From contig OZ076415.1 in NCBI GenBank assembly GCA_964187785.1, positions 48,050,001 to 48,114,000 on the forward strand: DNA of 64,000 bases, in the 5' to 3' direction. Of the stretch, positions 24,601 to 36,220 are shown piece by piece. The notes beneath the pieces were generated by a model. It was not told the DNA's origin. It saw only the letters and a program-made list of their open reading frames with translations, and did not search any database. Positions within the stretch are counted from its first letter, which is position 1; each line of letters starts with the position of its first letter. Origin of the DNA: Amphiscolops sp. MND2022. Its lineage: Eukaryota. A program made the translations under genes and the position numbers.

Positions 24601-27600
24601 ACCAAAACGCAACAATGAGAACTGACAAAAAGAGCCGCGAAGGGAGTCGAACACGCAACCTTCTACTTAGGAGGCAGACACTTTTTCCAATAGGCCACGC
24701 ATCTGTGAGCATTAAAACATTCAGCTAGAATTAATCATTACCTGAAAACGCAGTCTCATGCATTTATCGTTCCAGCGCTGGCCAAAGAGAAACACAAATA
24801 GACATGGAAACCAACAATAAAACAGCCACCACGGGACACGAACCCGCAATTTTATACCTTGGAGGCAGACGCTGTATCCATTAGGCCACTCGACTGTGAG
24901 CATCCAACATTCAGCTGAAGAAAAACATATTCTGAAAACGCAAAGTCATCCATTTATCGTTCCAGTACAGGCCATCGAAAAGCACACATTGACAACATGG
25001 GAACCAAAAACAAAACAGCCATGACGAGATTCGGAACCGCAACCTTCCACTTAGGAGGCAGATGCCTTATCCATTAGGCGACGCAGCGGTGAATATCAAA
25101 ACATTCATCCAAAGAAAAACATTAGCTGAAAACGTAAAGTCATCTATTTATCGTTCCAGCACAGGCAACAAAAAGCACACATTGACAACATGGGAACCAA
25201 CAAGAAAACAGCCATGACGGGACTCGAACCCGGAATCTTCTACTTAGGAGGCAGACACCTTATCCATTAGACCATGTGGCAATGAGCATCAAAACATTTT
25301 AGCAATTATTCATTACCTGGATACGCAGTGTTATGCATTTCTTTCCAGCGCAGCCCAAAGAGAAGCACAAATAGACATGGGAACCAACAAGAAAACAGCC
25401 ACCACGGGACACGAACCCACAATCTTCTACTTAGGTGGCAGAGGCCGAATTCATTAGGCCATGCAGCTGTGAGCATTTAAACATGTAGCTTGAGGTGAAA
25501 ACTAACTGAAAAAGGCGGAGTATACTCTCGTGTATCATCGGAACTCAGTGTCTAACATGTAATCCGAGTCGAACTCGCTATGAAATCGAGCACAACGTTC
25601 AAGATGTTCGAAAACGGAATCTATCACATTGAAAGCGACTGATACCACCAAAGCGCAACAATGAGAACTGACAAAAAGAGCCGCGAAGGGAGTCGAACAC
25701 GCAACCTTCTACTTAGGAGGCAGACACTTTTTCCAATAGCCCACGCAGCTGTGAGCATTAAAACATTCAGCTAGAAGTGATCATTACCTGAAAACGCAGT
25801 CTCATGCATTTATCGTTCCAGCGCAGGCCAAAGAGAAACACAAATAGACATGGAAACCAACAATAAAACAGCCACCACGGGACACGAACCCGCAATCTTC
25901 TACTTAGGAGGCAGACACCTTATCCATTAGACCATGTGGCAATGAGCATCAAAACATTTTAGCAATTATTCATTACCTGGATACGCAGTGTTATGCATTT
26001 ATCTTTCCAGCGCAGCCCAAAGAGAAGCACAAATAGACATGGGAACCAACAAGAAAACAGCCACCACGGGACACGAACCCACAATCTTCTACTTAGGAGG
26101 CAGAGGCCGAATTCATTAGGCCATGCAGCTGTGAGCATTTAAACATGTAGCTTGAGGTGAAAACTAACTGAAAAAGGCGGAGTATACTCTCGTGTATCAT
26201 CGGAACTCAGTGTCTAACATGTAATCCGAGTCGAACTCGCTATGAAATCGAGCACAACGTTCAAGATGTTCGAAAACGGAATCTATCACATTGAAAGCGA
26301 CTGATACCACCAAAGCGCAACAATGACAACTGACAAAAAGAGCCGCGAAGGGAGTCGAACACGCAACCTTCTACTTAGGAGGCAGACACTTTTTCCAATA
26401 GCCCACGCAGCTGTGAGCATTAAAACATTCAGCTAGAAGTGATCATTACCTGAAAACGCAGTCTCATGCATTTATCGTTCCAGCGCAGGCCAAAGAGAAA
26501 CACAAATAGACATGGAAACCAACAATAAAACAGCCACCACGGGACACGAACCCACAATCTACTCAGGAGGCAGAGGCCGAATTCATTAGGCCATGCAGCT
26601 GTGAGCATTTAAACATGTAGCTTGAGGTGAAAGCTGACTGAAAAAGGCGGAGTATACTCTCGTGTATTATCGAAACTCAGTGTCTAACATGTAATCCGAG
26701 CCGAACTCGCTATGAAAACGAGCACAACGTTCAAGAGGTTTGAAAACGGAATCTATCATATTGAAAGCGACTGATACCACCAAAACGCAACAATGAGAAC
26801 TGACAAAAAGAGCCGCGAAGGGAGTCGAACACGCAACCTTCTACTTAGGAGGCAGACACTTTTTCCAATAGGCCACGCATCTGTGAGCATTAAAACATTC
26901 AGCTAGAATTAATCATTACCTGAAAACGCAGTCTCATGCATTTATCGTTCCAGCGCAGGCCAAAGAGAAACACAAATAGACATGGAAACCAACAATAAAA
27001 CAGCCACCACGGGACACGAACCCGCAATTTTATACCTTGGAGGCAGACGCTGCATCCATTAGGCCACTCGACTGTGAGCATCCAACATTCAGCTGAAGAA
27101 AAACATATTCTGAAAACGCAAAGTCATCCATTTATCGTTCCAGTACAGGCCATCGAAAAGCACACATTGACAACATGGGAACCAAAAACAAAACAGCCAT
27201 GACGAGATTCGGAACCGCAACCTTCCACTTAGGAGGCAGATGCCTTATCCATTAGGCGACGCAGCGGTGAATATCAAAACATTCATCCAAAGAAAAACAT
27301 TAGCTGAAAACGTAAAGTCATCTATTTATCGTTCCAGCACAGGCAACAAAAAGCACACATTGACAACATGGGAACCAACAAGAAAACAGCCATGACGGGA
27401 CTCGAACCCGCAATCTTCTACTTAGGAGGCAGACACCTTATCCATTAGACCATGTGGCAATGAGCATCAAAACATTTTAGCAATTAATCATTACCTGGAT
27501 ACGCAGTGTTATGCATTTATCTTTCCAGCGCAGTCCAAAGAGAAGCACAAATAGACATGGGAACCAACAATAAAACAGCCACGACAGGACTCGAACACGC

Positions 27601-27852
27601 AATGTTTTACTTAGGAGGCAGACGCTTTATCCATCAGGTCACGCATCTGTGAGCATCCTAACATGTAGCTGAAGGTAAAAACTAACTGAAAAGGCGGAGT
27701 ATACTCTCCTGTATTACCGGAACCCAGTATCTAACATGAAATCCAAGTCAAACTCCCGATTAAATCTAACACAACGTTCGGGAGGTTAAGAAACGAAACC
27801 TATCACATTGAGAGCAACTGATAGAACAAAAACGCAACTAAAGCAACAGACA

Positions 27853-28387
27853 ACAAGACGGGAACGTCCCAAGTCGGCGCCATATCTTAGGCTCAAAAAT
27901 ATTCAAGGAACAACTATTGGAAAAAATTGGAAAAAAAATATTTTCTTTTCAAAAAAATTATTTTTGAATTTTTTTCCGAAAAAAGTATTTTTCAAGTCGC
28001 ACAATGCCGAAAAACTCAGAGTCCATTCAGGCTCATTCAACGTTTTCTACAAACCGAAAACTTCAAAAAAATGCAAGGGGGTACCCTTTGAAAAATTTCG
28101 AAAATTTTCGAAAAAAGTCGCATAGTGCCGAAAAAAACCCAAAGGGGGGGGGGACCCTTTGGTCTCACCTGTACTTTTGGAAGGAATTAAAAAATTTATG
28201 GTTTAGTGCGAGAATCGAACCCACGCTCTCCGGCTGGGTCGAAGATGGAAGATGAACAAATCTGAAAGATGAACAAATTGTAAGAAAAGTGGACCACTCA
28301 GAGTGAGATTGTCAACTGAAAAAAAAACAAAAAAAACTACTCACTGTAAGAGTCGGGCTTTTTTCCTTAAGGGAAAAGGCGCCGACT
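27853..28387 (-). mobile_element. ~535-bp non-autonomous Helentron-like element (AGTCGGCGCC family)
   Basis: Hairpin GGGA-acg-TCCC (27860-27870) then subTIR AGTCGGCGCC (27872-27881). The other end has GGCGCCGACT (28378-28387) within a long terminal hairpin (28351-28387). Inserted in the A run (minus-strand T terminator) of a tRNA pseudogene. Confidence 0.75.
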
Positions 28388-30191
28388 AAAAACCAGCCGC
28401 GAAGGGAGTCGAACCCACAATCTTCTAAGGAGGCAGACACCTTATCCATTAGGCCATGTGGCTATGAGCATCAAAACACTTTAGATATTGTAAATCATTA
28501 CCTGAAAACGCAGTGTCATGCATTTATCGTTCCAGCGCAGGCCAAAGAGAAGCACAAAAGGACATAAGAACCAACAATAAAACAGCCACCACGGGACTCG
28601 AACTCGCAATCTTCTAGTTAGGAGGCAGACGCTTCAATCATCAGGTCACGCAGCTGTGAGCATCCTAACATGTAGCTGAAGGTGAAAGCTAACTGAAAAA
28701 GGGGGAGTATACTCTCGTGTATTATCGGAACTCACCATCTAACATGTAATCCAAGTCAAACTCGCAATAAAATCTAGCACAAGGTCGGGAGGTTAGGAAA
28801 CGAAATCTATCACATTGCAAGCATCTGGTAGAGCAAAAACGCAACGAAGATAACAGACAAAAAAACCACCGCGAAGGGAGTCGAACACGCAACCTTCTAC
28901 TTAGGAGGCAGACACTTTTTCCAATAGCCCACGCAGCTGTGAGCATTAAAAGATTCAGCTAGAAGTGATCATTACCTGAAAACGCAGTCTCATGCATTTA
29001 TCGTTCCAGCGCAGGCCAAAGAAAAACACAAATAGACATGGAAACCAACAATAAAACAGCCACCACGGGACACGAACCCACAATCTTCTACTTAGGAGGC
29101 AGAGGCCGAATTCATTAGGCCATGCAGCTGTGAGCATTTAAACATGTAGCTTGAGGTGAAAGCTAACTGAAAAAGGCGGAGTATACTCTCGTGTATTATC
29201 GGAACTCAGTGTCTAACATGTAATCCGAGTCGAACTCGCTATGAAATCGAGCACAACGTTCAAGAGGTTTGAAAACGGAATCTATCACATTGAAAGCGAC
29301 TGATACCACCAAAACGCAACAATGAGAACTGACAAAAAGAGCCGCGAAGGGAGTCGAACACGCAACCTTCTACTTAGGAGGCAGACACTTTTTCCAATAG
29401 GCCACGCATCTGTGAGCATTAAAACATTCAGCTAGAAGTGATCATTACCTGAAAACGCAGTCTCATGCATTTATCGTTCCAGCGCAGGCCAAAGAGAACA
29501 CAAATAGACATGGAAACCAACAATAAAACAGCCACCACGGGACACGAACCCGCAATTTTATACCTTGGAGGCAGACGCTGTATCCATTAGGCCACTCGAG
29601 TGTGAGCATCCAACATTCAGCTGAAGAAAAACATATTCTGAAAACGCAAAGTCATCCATTTATCGTTCCAGTACAGGCCATCGGAAAGCACACATTGACA
29701 ACATGGGAACCAAAAACAAAACAGCCATGACGAGATTCGGAACCGCAACCTTCCACTTAGGAGGCAGATGCCTTATCCATTAGGCGACGCAGCGGTGAAT
29801 ATCAAAACATTCATCCAAAGAAAAACGTTAGCTGAAAACGTAAAGTCATCTATTTATCGTTCCAGCACAGGCAACAAAAAGCACACATTGACAACATGGG
29901 AACCAACAAGAAAACAGCCACGACAGGACTCGAACACGCAATGTTTTACTTAGGAGGCAGACGCTTTATCCATCAGGTCACGCAGCTGTGAGCATCCTAA
30001 CATGTAGCTGAAGGTAAAAACTAACTGAAAAGGCGGAGTATACTCTCCTGTATTACCGGAACCCACTATCTAACATGAAATCCAAGTCAAACTTCCGATT
30101 AAATCTAACACAACGTTCGGGAGGTTAAGAAACGAAATCTATCACATTGAGAGCAACTGATAGAACAAAAACGCAACTAAAGCAACAGACA

Positions 30192-30725
30192 ACAAGACGG
30201 GAACGTCCCAAGTCGGCGCCATATCTTAGGCTCAAAAATATTCAAGGAACAACTATTGGAAAAATTAGGAATAAAAATTTTTTTTTTTCAAAAAAAATAT
30301 TTTTGATTTTTTTTCCGAAAAAAAGTATTTTTCAAGTCGCACAATGCCGAAAAACTCAGAGTCCATTCAGGCTCATTCAACGTTTTCTACAAACCGAAAA
30401 CTTCAAAAAAATGCAAGGGGGTACCCTTTGAAAAATTTCGAAAATTTTCGAAAAAAGTCGCATAGTGCCGAAAAAAAACCCAAAGGGGGGGACCCTTTGG
30501 TCTCACCTGTACTTTTGAAAGGAATTAAAAAATTTATGGTTTAGTGCGAGAATCGAACCCACGCTCTCCGGCTGGGTCGAAGATGGAAGATGAACAAATA
30601 TGAAAGATGAACAAATTGTAAGAAAAGTGGACCACTCAGAGTGAGATTGTCAACTGAAAAAAAAACAAAAAAAACTACTCACTGTAAGAGTCGGGCTTTT
30701 TTTCCTAAGGGAAAAGGCGCCGACT
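30192..30725 (-). mobile_element. Second, near-identical copy of the AGTCGGCGCC-family element at the equivalent array position
   Basis: Same ends and same flanks (gcaacagac|...|aaaaaccagccgc) as 27853-28387, offset 2339 bp. Confidence 0.75.
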
Positions 30726-31607
30726 AAAAACCAGCCGCAAAGGGAGTCGAACCCACAATCTTCTAAGGAGGCAGACACCTTATCCATTAGGCCATGTGGC
30801 TATGAGCATCAAAACACTTTAGATATTGTAAACCTGAAAACGCAGTGTCATGCATTTATCGTTCCAGCGCAGGCCAAAGAGAAGCACAAAAGGACATAAG
30901 AACCAACAATAAAACAGCCACCACGGGACTCGAACTCGCAATCTTCTACTCAGGAGGCAGACGCTTCAACCATCAGGTCACGCAGCTGTGAGCATCCTAA
31001 CATGTAGCTGAAGGTGAAAGCTAACTGAAAAAGGGGGAGTATACTCTCGTGTATTATCGGAACTCAGCATCTAACATGTAATCCAAGTCAAACTCGCAAT
31101 AAAATCTAGCACAATGTCGGGAGGTTAGGAAACGAAATCTATCACATTGCAAGCATCTGGTAGAACAAAAACGCAACAAAGAAAACAGACAAAAAAACCA
31201 CCGCGAAGGGAGTCGATCCCACAATCCTCTACTTAGGAGGCAGACACCTTATCCACTAGGCCACGCAGCTGTGAGCACCCAAACGTGTAGCTGAAGGTGA
31301 AAGGTGAATGTGAAAAATGCTGTTTTTCAAATGCCAAAAATTGAGACTTCAAATCCATCCAAATTTCATGTTTCATTTCGAACCAACATCATTGTAACCT
31401 AGATGAAAATTCGGGGAAATCTCGGCTACTTTTTGAATTTCCAAGTTTTTCAAGTCAAATCAATTTGCAATAAGTCCTTTTTTTCACAGAATTGTAGAAC
31501 AAATAGCCCATATATGTGAACCCGGAATGTTAGACTGAAAGTTTCATCTTCGCATTATATTATGTAAGAGCAACCAAAAGCATTTCAGTGAGTTATAAAA
31601 AACTTAC

Positions 31608-31760
31608 CTTGTGAAAGCGACTATGTGAATTGCAATAACTGAGGCCGAGACTGCGAAGATAAGCAATAAATAGAGGACAACAAACAAATTGGACATCTTT
31701 ATGACGTCAAATGTACCATTTACCATAATGCGGATCACAACAATGCTTGGCACAAAAAAT
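31608..31760 (-). CDS. Putative internal coding exon (153 nt, phase 2-2) of an unidentified multi-pass membrane protein
   Basis: Acceptor ctttcctctag| and perfect donor AG|GTAAGT. Open hydrophobic frame FFVPSIVVIRIMVNGTFDVIKMSNLFVVLYLLLIFAVSASVIAIHIVAFT. No family recognised. Confidence 0.5.
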
Positions 31761-33096
31761 CTAGAGGAAAGTAGTCAGTCATAGTGATGCATTAAAACGT
31801 TTAGCTCCCTGGAAGTTGCCAATAGTGATAAAAAACGTTGGTGTTTCTCCAGTGATACTTTGTCAAAATGACCTCATTCCTCTCAAAATTTGGATGACTT
31901 CAAAAGCATAAACGCAAAAGCATTTGCCGAAGTGAAATAGAAAAATTAGAAGAGAATTGGTCGGAGGAGCTTGAAACATCTATCTAAAAATTAAAGTTTT
32001 CAATTCGGAATACGAAATGGAAAACTTGAATTCAGTGATTTGAAAGAAAAACGTTGTAAACTTACAACTAATACTCAAAACTGGGTAACAATGTACAAGA
32101 CTATATTCTTAATTCATTAAAGGGAAACTAACGAATATCCAGATAACGATTTGGCTTCAAATTGATACCAAAAACATATCTAGGCCAGTTTCAAATGTGC
32201 CAGACGCTGGATACGTTTCTTCTAAATTTAGTTATACAATACAGGGATAACAAGCTAATATAAATGGTAAGGGACAACAAAGACTCTAAGTCTATGTTGC
32301 ATGCTAGCATGCATTACTTCTCCTAATGCGGAGATGGAGAACAAATGGTGCCAGAGTTGCGTCAGCACGAGATGACACAGCTACTGCCACAACAGTGTTG
32401 GTGTAAGTGCAAAACTTGCTACAATATTAACCACACGGACGGACGAGTGACACAATTTGATAAGTTTGGAGTGTGGAAAACATGGAGCAAGCAACGTCTC
32501 ACTTTATGACGCCAAGGCGAGGATGCTTTGAGGATGTGAAAAGCTATGCGAAAAAGAAAGGAGCTGCCATGATAACAGATACCATTAGTAAGCGATGGGG
32601 TCTAGGGTAACATCTATGGTGATAATTGCCTATCTCCCTCTCAGTAAGACCTCTAAACTCTTGAGAATTCTCAAAAATGTCACCAAGTTGGAAAATCAGC
32701 AGACTTCTGATAGACACGTGCCGATCTGAATCAACTGGAGAGACGCTAGTCTGAAAATGAGAAACAAAAATTGCACTCATAGGAGCTGATGTGTTTAGGG
32801 CAAGACTCGTAAAAAAACTCGCTTCAAAAAAGCTTAGTAGTTTTCAGAAGAAGTTTCATGCGAGACACGCAGTAGCATCATTTCAAAACCTTCCAAGAAA
32901 ACGCATAAAGACTTGGTGCAAACTTCCAAAGATTTTTTTTTCAAATTTCTCCGTCAAAGATTTCCCAACAAAAGAGAAGGAAAAAATGAAACTTGAGACT
33001 AACTTTGGGGGGGGGGGGCATTCTGAGTGCTAGCAAGAAACTTATGTTGGAAAAATGGAATGAGATTTGACTTGATGTGAGACGGCTGATCATTAC

Positions 33097-33226
33097 TCAA
33101 CAGTAACAAAAAATTGAATCTGTGATTTAATCAGCACTTCAAAAAATATAGAAAGGAGCAGAAAACCAATACAGACAAATAAAATGAATGAGGAAAATTG
33201 CACGCACAGGAGTTGACCTAGGAAGT
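33097..33226 (-). CDS. Putative coding exon (hydrophobic), same gene model
   Basis: Acceptor at 33226 or 33217 (phase 1), frame (DFL)GQLLCVQFSSFILFVCIGFLLLSIFFEVLIKSQIQFFVTV, donor GA|GTAATG (phase 2). Phase-compatible with the 31760 exon. Confidence 0.33.
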
Positions 33227-33337
33227 CTTGAATGAGGCAGCCTTTTGTGATTTTCAACCACCAGAGGAAGACAATCAATCAACAACCATACTTTCTAAAT
33301 GGACCACGGCTATTCACTTAAACACTGTGTGACCGAC

Positions 33338-33525
33338 CAGGTTTGATTCGAGAGAACACCACAATACGAACATTTCCGATTGAAATTCCTCGAGTGACCG
33401 CAAAAAAATTAGCATTTTCATTGATTGATTCAGATTGACTTATGCCGGCTAAAAATAGAAGCATCACAAAAACAATGGAAGTATTGACCACTTGATGTTC
33501 AACGTCTATCACCATTAAAACCATT
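33338..33525 (-). CDS. Putative coding exon, same gene model
   Basis: Acceptor ctgtcag| (phase 2), frame MVLMVIDVEHQVVNTSIVFVMLLFLAGISQSESINENANFFAVTRGISIGNVRIVVFSRIKP, weak donor G|GTCGGT (phase 1). Confidence 0.3.
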
Positions 33526-35731
33526 CTGACAGTTACATTTATTATTAGAGTAAGATCTCAGCAAAAGTTCAATGGATCCAAATACATGTCCCTATTGGCA
33601 TATTCTTCGAACAATCTTTTTGGCTGTGAAAAAAAATAACGCCTTATATAAAGCTAGCGATAGGGCGTGTCTTACATTCGGAGCGTGACTCAAGAGAAAC
33701 ACGGTGTGTGTGAATTACAGCCGATAAACTTGCAAATTGATTCACAGAACTGCAAAAAGCCAAGCAGCTCATTACACATGCCCCAATATGCTGTTCTTTT
33801 TCAGAGTTTAATCACAATTACGGCATTAACAGCGACATCATTTCAACGTGTACTTGCTTCCATACCAACAAGCCCATTATTATGGAATCATGACTACCAT
33901 TTAAAGGACAGACGTTTGGGCCACTTGGGCAGCAGCAGTTCACGCCAGTGAACTTTAGATTGCGTGCATGAATCTAACGTTTTCACAGATGCACAGTTTA
34001 ATCAAAGCAAACTTTGGCTTTTTTGCAACTTCTCCATAATAGTTTTACTTTTTCCCACGTCTTTTTGTAATGATTTGTTCAATCTGCTGAATCAAAGTAA
34101 TGCAGATAAGGCCAAATGAGAAATCAGCAAAAGAGACATCTAAGGACAAAACCTCAAACAGCATTTATTCATAAACACTGCGTGAAAAAATTCAACTGAC
34201 AAAACACGCCATTTTACCTAGCAGGCGGGTAGAAATGTTTCGATATACGAAAAAGAAACAGCAGCTTGAATGAAAGAATAACTTTTAGCTTTTCCGATCT
34301 TATTTTCCTCTAGCTGTTGTTTTTCCCTTTCAATTTTTTCCTCAATTATCCCATTGAGTCTGGTATGCGGGTGGTTTATGGAAGTCTAGGAGACGTCAGC
34401 GCAAAACTGAGAAGAATAGTTTTTGTTTGGTTGTTGGGTAGAATCCCCCGAGGTTATTTGTTCAGGCGACATCAATTTGTGTACTTGGGACAAAATTGAA
34501 TTATCGAATATTGCAAGAATAATTTTTGCAGAATTTTGCAGCAACACTGAGCAGGTCGGGTTACATGTAGTTACCCAGTTAACTATGAATAATTCAACAC
34601 GAACCAGGAAATGACATTGTTTATACGGGCGGCAGAATCCATCAGCCACTTCTTCAGACACCAATATCTTCTGCAAAAAAAATTCACTACAAGTATACCA
34701 TCGGTTCCCCTTTTTCTATGCAACCATCACTGGGGAACATTTGACACAACTAGATGATTCAATCATAAAATCTCAAATTTTGCCAAAGATTAGGATAACT
34801 CCAATCAACAGCTCTACTCAGGGAAGCGGAAAAGTCACGTTTAATTGCTTTGAAAAATCAATACCTAGCCAAGTAATGGTAATGATTGATGCAAATTGGT
34901 TCATTAACCAAGGAAATTCATGCAAAAACGTACAAATGGTTTCTGTGTGCTAATTAAAATAATAGCCACTAATTTCCGGTTTCTAGTCTACACGTTTTGT
35001 TCTCGGTTCTTATTTTGAACATTTGAACGAAAAGAAAATATGAAGGCATGGATAAGCACAAACTCTCAACAAAAGTCATGGAATACAAGGCGTGAGAAGT
35101 AGAACACTGAAAGTTTGAGATAACACCAGATTTATCTCTTCTTTTGAGAACAACAATCCAGAAGAAAAGCGCCCATTATGGGCCTGGAATAAAAAGTATC
35201 AGAGACGATTTCATTACCAAGATTTCGAAAAAATTGACCCAAACGCGAAGATTTTGGAAGATTTGGGAAACCCTTAATCCATTAACAGAAATAGCACGAA
35301 TGGCATGAATTGTTTCATCGAACCGAGCCGATGAAGAAAAAACACACTGTTCACCTTTGAGATTTTAAAGGAGAAAATTAGAGTGAACGCACGCCACATA
35401 GGTGAAATTTCCTAGCACGTTCCATGGAGGCAAAAATGAAACTCGCGAGTTGATACAACCAAAACTGCTCTTCCTCTCCGCGTGAGTAACGTTAATGCCC
35501 TTGTACTCTTGTAAACCAACTCGTATTTCAAATCAAGTATAAATTGAAAATATTCAACCTTTTGACAGAACTTTTGAGAAATGAAACAAAATTCAATAAA
35601 ATAAGCTTGGAAGTAATGCGAACAACAGGCACACGTTGAACACATACCGTATTTATTCGCAAAACGTATTGAGTTCTCAAAGTAGTTTGGTCTCGAGACT
35701 CACTTTAAACATAGGTTTTCAAATGTTTTTT

Positions 35732-36220
35732 AGTCGGCGCTTTTCTAGAGAAGTGTCGACTATATTCATGGCTTTTCATCAGTGTTTTTTATTTTTTAAT
35801 TTTTTTTCGATACACCTGAAGTGACCAAAATAGTTCTACCCCAAAAGTTCTACGAAAATTTAAGAAGACGCCAAATTGTACCCGTTGGCCCAAGGAACTG
35901 AACCAAAAAGGTTTCCCGCGTAACATACAATACCGGACGAGACCAAAGGGTCCCTCCTTTCAGTTTCTTTTCGGCATTGCGAGACTTTTTTTTCGGGAAA
36001 TATTTTTCCCCAAAGGGCAACCTTCAATTTTCGGAGTTTTGCGACAGAACGGATGTTGAAAAATCCCGAAGGGTCCCCCTTTCAGTTTTTTCGGCATTGT
36101 GAAACTTTTTTTCAGTTTTTTTCATAAAGGTTCCAAATTTACAATACTTTGACATTTTGAAGTCCTTTTGCTATTTTTGAGCCATAGATATGGCACCGAC
36201 TTGGGCCGGTCCCGGCTTGT
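35732..36220 (+). mobile_element. AGTCGGCGCC-family Helentron-like element, opposite orientation
   Basis: tttt-AGTCGGCGCTTTTCTAGAGAAGTGTCGACT hairpin (35732-35761). The far end is ATATGGCACCGACT followed by hairpin GCCGG-tc-CCGGC (36205-36216) and ttgtttt. Confidence 0.72.

Larger units (their letters stand above)
19300..31280 (-). pseudogene. Block of ~48 degenerate tRNA-Arg(CCT)-derived pseudogenes, largely as ~473-bp dimers
   Basis: Copies keep the TTCG of the T loop and usually CTCCTAA, but have broken acceptor, D or T stems. Examples on the plus strand: gagccgcgaagggagtcgaacacgcaacc and ggacacgaacccacaatc...gaggccgaattcattaggccatgcagct. The spacer motif recurs at 22106, 22579, 23052, 23524, 23998 and 24471 (period ~473). 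Confidence 0.85.
1..31300 (-). repeat. Tandem array of tRNA-Arg(CCT) genes/pseudogenes with higher-order repeat structure (~193-bp monomer; ~280-bp spacer-containing monomer); about 135-140 tRNA-like copies, continues beyond the left window edge
   Basis: Recurrent plus-strand motif cagccacgacgggactcgaacccgcaatcttctacttaggaggcagacgccttatccattaggccacgcggct is the reverse complement of a complete tRNA. It recurs every ~193 bp, with a distinct spacer (ggagtattctctcgtgtattatcggaa...) every 1-6 copies. The array ends at ~31,300, where unique sequence begins. Confidence 0.97.

Noticed and set aside
424-30544. Dozens of repeated 60-105 aa ORFs (MRTDKK..., MLTAAWPN...) in the array
   Set aside because: They are translations of tRNA and spacer repeats or of the inserted elements. 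Stops and frames vary randomly between copies and there is no recognisable domain.
1-31300. CRISPR-like repeat-spacer array
   Set aside because: The repeats are 73-nt tRNAs, the intervening sequences are themselves repeated rather than unique, there are no cas genes, and the context is eukaryotic.
34386-34676. Minus-strand ORF with a good acceptor (ttttttttgcag) as an extra exon of the membrane-protein model
   Set aside because: The frame and donor could not be reconciled unambiguously with the neighbouring exon candidates.
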